This document shows, one piece after another, positions 56,725-64,000 of a stretch of 64,000 nucleotides of DNA. Under the pieces are notes generated by a model. That model was given only the letters and a program-made list of their open reading frames with translations, had not been told where the DNA came from and did no database searches. Position 1 is the first letter of the stretch. Each line of letters opens with the position of its first letter. Origin of the DNA: Collinsella sp. (GTDB lineage: Bacteria > Actinomycetota > Coriobacteriia > Coriobacteriales > Coriobacteriaceae). Location of the stretch: contig DXMB01000001.1 of the NCBI GenBank assembly GCA_019414425.1, positions 20,754 to 84,753 of the forward strand, written 5' to 3'. A program made the translations under genes and the position numbers.

Positions 56725-57336
56725 ATGAACCACGTTAAACACGTTATTCCGATGTCCGATTCGTCGGTCAGTATTAAGCCTGAGGATATTCAGCCCACTG
56801 TGCTGCCCGATGCATTTATTCAGTCCGAAATCGTGTGCAAACTCAATACGTTGAGTCTGTCGCGCTATGACCAGTTGCCCAATGTGACGCTCTACCGCGA
56901 CCAGGTCATTGAGTATCTTGCGCTGTGGATGGAGCCGCTGTCCATTTGCGTTGAGCACCCTGTCATTACGCCATCGATGATCAATAACTACGTTAAGGTC
57001 GGCCTGGTGCCTGCTCCGGTCAAAAAGCAATATGGCCGCGAGCAGATTGCCCGCCTGATCGCTATCTGCCTCTTTAAACAGGTGCTACCTATTGCTGCGG
57101 TGCAGGCACTCTTCAACATTCAGCGTTTGAGCTACGATGCCCCGACTGCCTTCGATTATGTGGTCGATCAGCTCGAGGCATCGATTCGTTCGGCGTTTTC
57201 CGTTGAGCAGACGCCGGTTCCCGATACGGCGCATCAGGTAACGCGTGAGTCGCTGCTTGTGCGCAGTGCAGTTTCATCCTTCGTTTCGAAGGCGTACCTG
57301 ATGAGCTATCTAAAGTTTAATGGGTTTAATAGCTAG
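56725..57336 (+). CDS. DUF1836-family protein
   Basis: ...ITPSMINNYVKVGLVPAPVKKQYGREQIARLIAICLFKQVL..., recalled as DUF1836, a family commonly next to degV. The ATG at 56725 follows AACGGAGGA. Confidence 0.6.
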   Translation: MNHVKHVIPMSDSSVSIKPEDIQPTVLPDAFIQSEIVCKLNTLSLSRYDQLPNVTLYRDQVIEYLALWMEPLSICVEHPVITPSMINNYVKVGLVPAPVKKQYGREQIARLIAICLFKQVLPIAAVQALFNIQRLSYDAPTAFDYVVDQLEASIRSAFSVEQTPVPDTAHQVTRESLLVRSAVSSFVSKAYLMSYLKFNGFNS

Positions 57337-57349
57337 CCGACGTGTAAAA

Positions 57350-57396
57350 CGGGCGGGGCAAAGAGCCATCTGTCGCTTTGTCCCGCCCATATTTTT
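57350..57396. terminator. bidirectional terminator between convergent DUF1836 and degV genes
   Basis: GGGCGGGGCAAAG / CTTTGTCCCGCCC stem, flanked by AAAAC on the left and ATATTTTT on the right. Confidence 0.75.
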
Positions 57397-57409
57397 GCTT
57401 GGTTGGACT

Positions 57410-58276
57410 TTACTTGCCCGAAGCTACGCCCATGCCGTAGCCGATGATGAGGCCGTGCATCTCGGCGTAATAGGAATCCAGGCCGTTGCAGGGCATGATG
57501 ATGGTCTTGGAGCCGGGCCAATGCTCGACTATGCGGTCAGTAAGCGCCTGGGCTCCAGCTTCGTTCTCAACGTGATCGATGATGACCTCGCCGCCCGTAA
57601 AACCCTCGGCTTCCATGGTGTCGATGATCTTGTTGAGCATCTTCTTTTCGCCACGCGTGTGCCCGACGAGTTCGATTTTACCGGCCTCGCTCGCCGTGCC
57701 CAAAATGCGGATATTGAGCTTGTTGGCAATGACGCCGGCTGCCTTAGGGATACGTCCGGCTTTGGCGAGGTTTTCGTAATTGCACAAACTGAAGAGGATT
57801 TTGCTGTTCTGTTCAAGGCTATCGAAGTATGCGCAAGCATCCTCGAATGAGACATCCGGGTTGCTTACAAGATAGCGGTCGAACAGCAAGAAAATGAGAT
57901 CCATTTTGCCGCCAGCTGCGCGTGAATTGACTAGATGAATCTGTCGGTCGGGCTCCTCGGCAAGAACCATATCGCGAGCCGTGGCTGCCGCGTTGTAGCT
58001 GCCCGACACGCCCTCAGAGATCGGCATGCAGATGGTCTTGTCGGCCAATTTGAAGAGCTCGGCCCACTCCCCTACGCTGGGACAAGCGCTCGAAGAAGCG
58101 TTCGTCTCCGCCTGAACAGCGCAGTTGAGCTCATGTACATCAAGCGAAAGGTCATCGACGAATTCACGCTCCCCCACTCGAATTTTGAGGGGCGCAAATG
58201 CAAAGGTGGTATGGGGCGCGGTCGGTTGCCAATCGCGGAGGTTACAGCTTGAATCTGAGATAAGTGCCCAGCTCAT
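57410..58276 (-). CDS. degV: DegV-family fatty-acid-binding protein
   Basis: ALISDSSCNL...PISEGVSGSYNAA..., about 288 aa. Confidence 0.85.
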   Translation of the reverse strand: MSWALISDSSCNLRDWQPTAPHTTFAFAPLKIRVGEREFVDDLSLDVHELNCAVQAETNASSSACPSVGEWAELFKLADKTICMPISEGVSGSYNAAATARDMVLAEEPDRQIHLVNSRAAGGKMDLIFLLFDRYLVSNPDVSFEDACAYFDSLEQNSKILFSLCNYENLAKAGRIPKAAGVIANKLNIRILGTASEAGKIELVGHTRGEKKMLNKIIDTMEAEGFTGGEVIIDHVENEAGAQALTDRIVEHWPGSKTIIMPCNGLDSYYAEMHGLIIGYGMGVASGK

Positions 58277-58329
58277 AGAGGGTCCTTTCTAATTGTTCCT
58301 CAACAATTATAGCCTTCTTGCAAACCGAA

Positions 58330-58368
58330 TGTACGGCTATCTAGTTTTGAATACTAGATAGCCGTACA
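58330..58368. promoter_or_regulatory. perfect 16-bp inverted repeat (N7 spacer) upstream of degV: candidate operator or second terminator
   Basis: TGTACGGCTATCTAGT (58330-58345), TTTGAAT, then ACTAGATAGCCGTACA (58353-58368). Confidence 0.4.
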
Positions 58369-58374
58369 AGATTA

Positions 58375-58415
58375 GAGACAAAAGAATAGACCTCGCGACT
58401 TTAAGCCACGAGGTC
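58375..58415 (-). terminator. terminator of the NlpC/P60 gene
   Basis: The minus strand reads GACCTCG TGGCTTAAAGTCG CGAGGTC followed by TATTCTTTTGTCTC. Confidence 0.65.
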
Positions 58416-58441
58416 CACATTCACACGCTGTGTAAGATGAC

Positions 58442-59554
58442 TTAGTAGCGCACGAAGATATAGTTGTTGTTCATGCCGGCGGCAACGGAGCTGATGATGA
58501 CGCCCGTTTTGTAGTCGGAAGCATGGATCATCTGACCATTACCGATATAAATGCCGGTATGGTAGGAGTTAACCACAACATCGCCGGGTTGCGGATCGGA
58601 CACACGGGTCCAACCCATGAAGTCGACCGTGGTGCCCAGACGGCAGTAGCGTCCCGTGAGGCAATAGCTTACAAAACCGGAGCAGTCAAAGCTGTTCGGT
58701 CCAATGCCGCCCCAAGAATACGCATAGCCGAGCTTGCTGTAGGCGCGCGAAACAACGGAGCCACCATCAACAGACTGACTCGGTGCCGAAGGCGTGGGAG
58801 CCGGAGCGGGCGTGGGGGCAGGCTGCGGTGCGGGAGCCGGCGTGTTGCCGCCCTGGTTGTTGTTATTGTTGGTCTGGCCGCCATTGTTGGTGTTCTCGGT
58901 CGTACCGGCGGTGTCGTTGCTCACCGTGGCCTTTTCGGCGGTGCTAGCATTAATGCCAGCCTGCAGCGCAGCGTTGGCCTCGGCCTCGGCAGCGAGCTCG
59001 GCCTGCAGCTGCGAATCCAGGGAGTTCACGACACTCTGAGCCTCAGCCTGCTGGGCATTGAGCTCGTCGACCTTCTTTTGCGTCGCGGCGACGTTCTTCT
59101 CCTGCTCGGCCTGCTTATCGGTGAGCTGCTGCTTAAGCTCCTTGACCTCTTGAATGGTCTGAGCTTGCTTATCGGAAACTTTGCCGTAGTAGAACAGACG
59201 GTTGAGCATATCGCTCAGATCATCGACACCCGTCAAAACCTGAAGCAGGCTCAGACCGCCGGTTTTGTACTCGCCGGCGACATAGGTCGAGAGCTTGGCC
59301 TGACCATCGGCGATCTCCTGCTGCTTTTGCGTGATCTCGCCGGCAGTCTGATCGAGCGCCTGCGTCTGCGTGGCAAGCTCATCGTAAATCTGCTGGGTTT
59401 GGGTGCCGATCTGCTCGAGTTTCGTACGAGCAGCGGCAAGGTCGGATGCGGTATCGGCGTAGGCAGGAGCCGCGAGGCCCAAGCCCAAAACACAAGCGAG
59501 GGTTGCCGTAGCAGCGCAGCGTGCCATATTTTTGTGCGTGTTTGCTGTGCGCAT
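58442..59554 (-). CDS. secreted NlpC/P60 (C40) peptidoglycan hydrolase with N-terminal coiled-coil domain
   Basis: Signal peptide ...LGLGLAAPAYA, a Q/E/A-rich coiled coil, a low-complexity N/P/A linker, and C-terminal YSWGGIGPNSFDCSGFV...HTGIYIG. Confidence 0.85.
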   Translation of the reverse strand: MRTANTHKNMARCAATATLACVLGLGLAAPAYADTASDLAAARTKLEQIGTQTQQIYDELATQTQALDQTAGEITQKQQEIADGQAKLSTYVAGEYKTGGLSLLQVLTGVDDLSDMLNRLFYYGKVSDKQAQTIQEVKELKQQLTDKQAEQEKNVAATQKKVDELNAQQAEAQSVVNSLDSQLQAELAAEAEANAALQAGINASTAEKATVSNDTAGTTENTNNGGQTNNNNNQGGNTPAPAPQPAPTPAPAPTPSAPSQSVDGGSVVSRAYSKLGYAYSWGGIGPNSFDCSGFVSYCLTGRYCRLGTTVDFMGWTRVSDPQPGDVVVNSYHTGIYIGNGQMIHASDYKTGVIISSVAAGMNNNYIFVRY

Positions 59555-59586
59555 GTAGCTTCCTTTCCAGTAACTAAGGGTAACGG

Positions 59587-60117
59587 CTAGCCTACCGTCA
59601 CCAGGCTAAAGAGCTCCACATCGTCATCAGACGGCGTGAGCTTCTCGCGCGGGTTGAGAAACGCAAGCTCAAGTATACAACCGTAACCGATAAGCTTTGC
59701 GCCCATATCTCGCACCAGTTTACCTGTTGCCTCGACGGTTCCGCCCGTCGCGACCAAGTCGTCCAGAATCAACACGGTATCTTTAGAGCTGATAGCGTCG
59801 GCATGGATCTCAATTGAATCGGTGCCGTACTCGAGCTCGTAGCTCTGGCTTACGGTCTCGCGCGGCAGCTTGCCCGGTTTACGTGCGGGAACAAAGCCGG
59901 CGCCAAGGGCTACAGCCACCGGTACGCCAACCATAAAGCCGCGAGCCTCGGGACCCACGACCTTGGTGATCCCCATGCCGGCAAAGTGCTCGGCGAGGGC
60001 ATCGGTCATGGCTTTGAGCGCCTCGGGATTGCCAAAGAGCGGCGTGATGTCTTTAAAGACGACTCCGGGCTCGGGATAGTCGGGGATGTCGACGATTTGA
60101 GATTCGAAGTCGTACAT
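59587..60117 (-). CDS. apt: adenine phosphoribosyltransferase
   Basis: IPDYPEPGVVFKDITPL...VLILDDLVATGGT. Confidence 0.9.
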   Translation of the reverse strand: MYDFESQIVDIPDYPEPGVVFKDITPLFGNPEALKAMTDALAEHFAGMGITKVVGPEARGFMVGVPVAVALGAGFVPARKPGKLPRETVSQSYELEYGTDSIEIHADAISSKDTVLILDDLVATGGTVEATGKLVRDMGAKLIGYGCILELAFLNPREKLTPSDDDVELFSLVTVG

Positions 60118-60157
60118 TGCATGACCTTTCAATGGGTTGCCGGAGAAGCGGCAGCGG

Positions 60158-61036
60158 TTATTTGCCCGCCGTGGCGGTGCCGGAGTGCGAAGGGGCGACG
60201 ACCTTGAGCGGCTTTACGAGAGAATCCTCGTGCGAAGCCGGCGTGGCTATCTCTTCGTTTTTGGCTTTGGTGGACTCGGAGCGAGTGATTTCCTCATCGA
60301 GTGCATCGATGTCGGCGTCCTCGACCACGGCGTTGAGCGACTCAAAAACGCGGTTCTTGAGCAGCGCAGTGTGCACACCCTCGGTCAGGTCGTGAAGCTT
60401 CTTAAACGCACGCTCGAGCTTGGCGTCGCGCTCGTCATCGGAGGTATCCATGCCGAGCATGCTCACGAGCACCTGCTCAAACATCGAGGACTCGCGGTTG
60501 GCGGAAGACACGTACTGACGCAGGTTGCGGGGCTCGATATGGAAGCGTGACAGCTCGGAGCAGTAGCGGATGATTGGAAAATCGCGACCATCGACGAGCT
60601 CACGATTCTGCGGACTCTTGATGATGCGAATGAGGTCGTTCTCGGCGAGCGAGCGGATAAACGAAATCTCGACGCCCAGCATATCGGGAATGGTCTCGAT
60701 GGGATGCAGCTTTTGCTTAGTCTCCTTGGGCTCCGTCTTGAGCGGAACATCGGACAGCAAGCCCACCTCGTAGGCGAGCGTTGACAGGTCCGTGGCGTTT
60801 TCCAAGCGCTGCTTAATCACGTTGAGCGGCATGTAGCGGGTCTTCTGCAAGTGCAGAATGACCTCCAGGCGATCAACGTCCTCCTTAGAGTACTGACGGT
60901 ATCCCTTAGGCGTACGATGAGGGGTAATGAGCCCCTCATCTTCTAGAAATCTAATTTTTGAGTTCGAAAGATCGGGGTATGCGCCTCGAAGAAGGTTGAC
61001 GACTTGGCCGATACTCAGATAGTTGCGTTCGGCCAT
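60158..61036 (-). CDS. MerR-family transcriptional regulator (actinobacterial FtsR / Rv1828-like position)
   Basis: LSIGQVVNLLRGAYPDLSNSKIRFLEDEGLITPHRTPKGYRQYSKEDVDRL, immediately downstream of the FHA gene. Confidence 0.75.
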   Translation of the reverse strand: MAERNYLSIGQVVNLLRGAYPDLSNSKIRFLEDEGLITPHRTPKGYRQYSKEDVDRLEVILHLQKTRYMPLNVIKQRLENATDLSTLAYEVGLLSDVPLKTEPKETKQKLHPIETIPDMLGVEISFIRSLAENDLIRIIKSPQNRELVDGRDFPIIRYCSELSRFHIEPRNLRQYVSSANRESSMFEQVLVSMLGMDTSDDERDAKLERAFKKLHDLTEGVHTALLKNRVFESLNAVVEDADIDALDEEITRSESTKAKNEEIATPASHEDSLVKPLKVVAPSHSGTATAGK

Positions 61037-61039
61037 GCC

Positions 61040-61474
61040 CTACTCACCGGTTTCGATGCGCTCCGGCGTGCTCTCGTGGTAGATGAGCGTAAACGTACCG
61101 ATCTGGACGGAAGAACCATCGTGCAGCGGGGCCGCGTTGACAATGGCGCCGTCGACCCAGGTGCCATTGAGCGAGCCCAGGTCCTCAATGCGAGCGCCGA
61201 GGCCCTCGCGAATAATGCGCGCGTGGCTACGCGAAACGGTCATGTCATTGAGGAAGATGCCGTTCGCAGGATCGCGGCCGATGGTGGTCACGTCGTCCTC
61301 GAGCTCAAAGGCGGCACCAGTCTGCGGACCCTTGACGATGGACAGAACGGGTGCGGTGATGCGCACGTTGGCCATGAGGTCGGGAACGGTGACGTCGCTT
61401 GAAGGCACGCGGAATACGCAGGTAGCGTCAGCAGTCTTATCATTCTGAGGCATATTGTTAACCATGTTGTCCAT
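61040..61474 (-). CDS. FHA-domain protein (GarA/OdhI-like)
   Basis: TIGRDPANGIFLNDMTVSRSHARI...DLGSLNGTWVDG. The ATG at 61474 follows AGGGGT. Confidence 0.8.
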   Translation of the reverse strand: MDNMVNNMPQNDKTADATCVFRVPSSDVTVPDLMANVRITAPVLSIVKGPQTGAAFELEDDVTTIGRDPANGIFLNDMTVSRSHARIIREGLGARIEDLGSLNGTWVDGAIVNAAPLHDGSSVQIGTFTLIYHESTPERIETGE

Positions 61475-61540
61475 GACAACCCCTAACTTATCGCGGACGT
61501 GCCGCAAATAATGAACCGTACGTAATCATACCCCAACGAA

Positions 61541-62245
61541 TCAGTCTTCGATTTCGGGGTTCAGAAAGTCGATGTCCTCGTCCTCGGGATGCGCGAGAGC
61601 CTGTTTAATGGCCACTCCGCCCTTAATGGAGTAGATGACAGCCGTGAGCATGGAGAAGATTACGCCGCCGTACACAAAGAAGATGCCGAGGGGCACCGAG
61701 CTTCCGTTGAGGCCCGGGAAGGCCGTAAGGGTTGAAGGTAAAAGTTGCAGGCCGTCAACAACGGGGAACCCGAGCAGCATGAGCGAGAATCCGGTCATGA
61801 GCAGCGCGGTGGCAATCTTTCCGGGGAAGACGACATCGATGGGGCGACGATGATAATGACGCACGATAAGCGTTCCGATGCCCAGATAGATGTCGCGGCC
61901 AATAATGAGCACGCAGACCCAGATGGGTAGCTCTCCGCGGACCACCAGTCCCAAGACGCCGGTGAACAGCAGCGCACGGTCGCAGATGGGATCCATGACC
62001 TTGCCGAGCCATGAGACTGTCTTAGTCATGCGGGCGATCTGACCGTCCATCCAGTCGGTAGAGGCGGCAACGGCGTAGATAACGATGGCGATGACGCGGT
62101 TGTTATCCGTCACAAACAGGTAAAGAAATACCAGGGTGAGGATTAGGCGCGTAAAGGTGATGAAATTGGAGATCGTAAAGATCTTATTCGACGGGTAATC
62201 GGAAGTGCCGATAAGCTCCTTTTTGATCTTCTTTTTGATGCCCAC
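61541..62245 (-). CDS. CDP-alcohol phosphatidyltransferase (second PgsA-like paralogue)
   Basis: DWMDGQIARMTKTVSWLGKVMDPICDR motif. GTG 62245 after GGGGGAG is preferred over the ORF-track start at 62335. Confidence 0.75.
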   Translation of the reverse strand: MGIKKKIKKELIGTSDYPSNKIFTISNFITFTRLILTLVFLYLFVTDNNRVIAIVIYAVAASTDWMDGQIARMTKTVSWLGKVMDPICDRALLFTGVLGLVVRGELPIWVCVLIIGRDIYLGIGTLIVRHYHRRPIDVVFPGKIATALLMTGFSLMLLGFPVVDGLQLLPSTLTAFPGLNGSSVPLGIFFVYGGVIFSMLTAVIYSIKGGVAIKQALAHPEDEDIDFLNPEIED

Positions 62246-62373
62246 AGGACTCCCCCGCTGGTTAACGACAAAACTTTCGCTACTATACCCGTTCCGGCGA
62301 TGTCTATCCAGCGTAAGCATAGAGAGTCCAGACATGAGGAAGGCGCTTTTGGGCGGCGGTGGATTTCACATTC

Positions 62374-62430
62374 GTGTACATCAGCCTCCAAACATGCCGA
62401 AAAATGTCGGTTTTGGAGGGTGATGTACAC
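62374..62430 (+). other. 20-bp-stem hairpin followed by GTTTTG in the pgsA-like / ABC divergent region
   Basis: GTGTACATCAGCCTCCAAAC (62374-62393) pairs with GTTTGGAGGGTGATGTACAC (62411-62430), with 1 mismatch. Confidence 0.5.
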
Positions 62431-62641
62431 GTTTTGATTCGGTGATGACATCGATCGGGAAAGTTGTTGCCTTAAGCAAATTAATCATGATGTGCGGGTC
62501 GAGAAGGGCTGGCGCCAAAAGAGCCCAACGGCCGTTACGGCTTCGTTAGAAACGCACCCCACCATGGATGGTGAACCCGAAAGGTAAGGCGCGCGGGCAC
62601 GGTGGCTCGGCCCGCGCGCCCGGAAGAGAAAGGATAAACCC

Positions 62642-63370
62642 ATGGGTTACATGCTCGAGACGCGTGGGCTCACCAAGCGATTCGGCCGCGGCGACCAGGC
62701 GCAGGACGCCGTGGCCGACGTGAGCCTTCATATCCGCGAGGGCGAGGTGTACGGGCTGCTCGGTCCCAACGGCGCCGGCAAGTCGACAACGCTCAAGATG
62801 ATCTGCGGGATGCTGCGGCCGACGGCCGGGGAGATCCTCTTTGCCGGGCACGCCTGGCGCCGCGAGGACCTCTACGCAATCGGCAGCCTCATCGAGGAGG
62901 CGCCGCTCTACCCCAACCTCACCGCGCGCGAGAACCTGCGCGTGCGCACCACGCTGCTGGGCCTTCCCGAGAGCCGCATAGATGAGGTGCTCGCCGCCGT
63001 GGACCTCGCGGACACCGGGAAGAAGCGCGCCGGGCGCTTCTCGATGGGCATGCGCCAGCGCCTGGGGCTCGCGCTGGCGCTGATCGCCCGGCCACGCCTG
63101 CTCGTGCTCGACGAGCCCACCAACGGCCTCGACCCCATCGGCATCGAGGAGCTGCGCGACCAGATCCGCGGCTTCGCGGCGGCGGGTACGACGGTGATCG
63201 TCTCGAGCCACATCCTCTCCGAGGTGCAGCAGATGGCGGACACCATCGGCATCATCTGCGGGGGGCGCCTCGCCTACGAGGATGCGCTTCGTCCCGGGCA
63301 GGACCTCGAGGAACTCTTCATGAGCTTCTGCCGGGAAGGGCGACGAGCGCGCGGGGAGGTGGCGGCATGA
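62642..63370 (+). CDS. ABC transporter ATP-binding protein, lantibiotic-protection (MutF/EpiF/NisF-like) type
   Basis: GLLGPNGAGKSTTLKMI, FSMGMRQRLGLALAL and LLVLDEPTNGLD. Confidence 0.8.
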   Translation: MGYMLETRGLTKRFGRGDQAQDAVADVSLHIREGEVYGLLGPNGAGKSTTLKMICGMLRPTAGEILFAGHAWRREDLYAIGSLIEEAPLYPNLTARENLRVRTTLLGLPESRIDEVLAAVDLADTGKKRAGRFSMGMRQRLGLALALIARPRLLVLDEPTNGLDPIGIEELRDQIRGFAAAGTTVIVSSHILSEVQQMADTIGIICGGRLAYEDALRPGQDLEELFMSFCREGRRARGEVAA

Positions 63371-64000
63371 CGGGCGAGAAAGGCGGCCTGCTCGCGGGCC
63401 TGCGCGCCGAGGCCCTGAAGTCGCGCCACGCGGCACCGGTTCGCCTGGCCGTGCTCATGGCGCTGCCGATGCCGCTGCTCGGCGCGATGCCCTACCGGGG
63501 CGTGCAGATCTTCAGCGCGTGGAACTACTGGTACGCGCTCTTCCTGCCCGTGGCTCTCTCGCTCGTGGTGGCGTGCGTCGCGCGGGCGGACGCTCGCACG
63601 CGGATGCGGGGGCTTCTGGGCCTGGGCTTCCCGCTCGGGCGAGCCTGGTGGGCCAAGGCGCTCTGGTGCCTCGCTCTTTGCACGCTCTCGAACCTCGTGG
63701 TCTTCGGCATCTACCTCGCGGGATCGGCGTTCTCCTCGCAGGGTCTCACGGACGCGGGCACGCTCACGATGCTCCTCTGCGCGCTCGCCAACACGGTGAC
63801 CGCGGCGTGGATGATCCCCGCAGGGCTCTTTCTCACGGCGCGGCTCGGCATGCTCGCGGGCATCTTCTGCCCGCTCGCCGTGCAGCTCGTGGGTGGGTTC
63901 GCCTGGTCGTTGGTGCCGTTGCCGCAGCTCTTTCCGCCGTCTGCGAGCATGGTCATCCCCACGAGCTTCATTCCCGTGCTGCCGAGCGGCGAGCCGCTCG
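63367..64000 (+). CDS. ABC-2 type permease (lantibiotic-immunity MutE/EpiE-like), 5' part; runs off the right edge
   Basis: My own translation from ATG 63367 (ATGA overlap with the ATPase stop) gives MTGEKGGLLAGLRAEALKSRHAAPVRLAVLMALPMPLL..., open to position 64000 and hydrophobic throughout. It is absent from the ORF track because there is no stop. Confidence 0.65.
   Translation, partial: MTGEKGGLLAGLRAEALKSRHAAPVRLAVLMALPMPLLGAMPYRGVQIFSAWNYWYALFLPVALSLVVACVARADARTRMRGLLGLGFPLGRAWWAKALWCLALCTLSNLVVFGIYLAGSAFSSQGLTDAGTLTMLLCALANTVTAAWMIPAGLFLTARLGMLAGIFCPLAVQLVGGFAWSLVPLPQLFPPSASMVIPTSFIPVLPSGEPL

Overview
This 64-kb segment (about 60% GC by eye) reads as core chromosome of a Coriobacteriia-type actinobacterium. 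The taxon is inferred from gene content only. It mixes actinobacterial markers (mIHF, lexA / LysM / nrdR synteny, FHA-MerR-pgsA cluster) with Firmicutes-like genes (rny, rnj, spoVS, degV, comEA/comEC). No rRNA, tRNA, CRISPR array or recognisable defence operon was found.

Gene order:
- Left end to 4.7 kb: partial phosphotransferase gene, adhE, an IS200-like Y1 transposase (RAYT type) bracketed by inverted REP doublets, and rpmB.
- 5 to 51 kb, about 46 kb co-directional on the + strand: pyrR-pyrB-pyrC-pyrK-pyrD-pyrF, mihF-gmk-rpoZ-thiI, comEA-comEC-holA, rpsT, lepA-dus-hemW, two dnaJ paralogues, mtaB-phoH-ybeY-dgkA-era-recO, rpsO, pnp, rnj, ftsK, rodZ-like, yajQ, rimO, pgsA, cinA-C, recA-recX, rny, a GHKL ATPase, spoVS, and miaB-miaA-hflX.
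- 51 to 64 kb, mixed strands: lexA with a DUF1624 membrane protein, a LysM SOS-type gene, nrdR, dut, a GT28 glycosyltransferase, trxB, DUF1836, degV, an NlpC/P60 hydrolase, apt, a MerR regulator, an FHA protein, a second pgsA, and a visibly GC-richer lantibiotic-type ABC transporter running off the right edge.

The most interesting signal is non-coding. Two intergenic loci (32.19-32.60 kb between pnp and rnj; 53.77-54.20 kb between dut and the glycosyltransferase) each hold convergently oriented 100-145 bp foldback elements.
- Each element has a conserved, strand-asymmetric core.
- Family 1 has a central hairpin with compensatory base-pair changes between its two copies.
- The outer arms are long (26-38 bp) and perfectly or near-perfectly self-complementary, but unrelated in sequence between copies.
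- The two loci share core motifs, so they look like one diverged family.
- I do not recognise this architecture as a standard REP, MITE, terminator, CRISPR or attC element.

Secondary observations:
- A clean SOS regulon layout: one LexA box inside the recA promoter and three in the lexA / LysM divergent region.
- lexA is start/stop-overlapped with the downstream membrane protein gene.
- One dnaJ paralogue is C-terminally membrane-anchored.
- An orphan GHKL ATPase sits between rny and spoVS.
- Several candidate leader hairpins and operator palindromes.

All family names come from reading the translated ORFs and recalling motifs. No database search was run.
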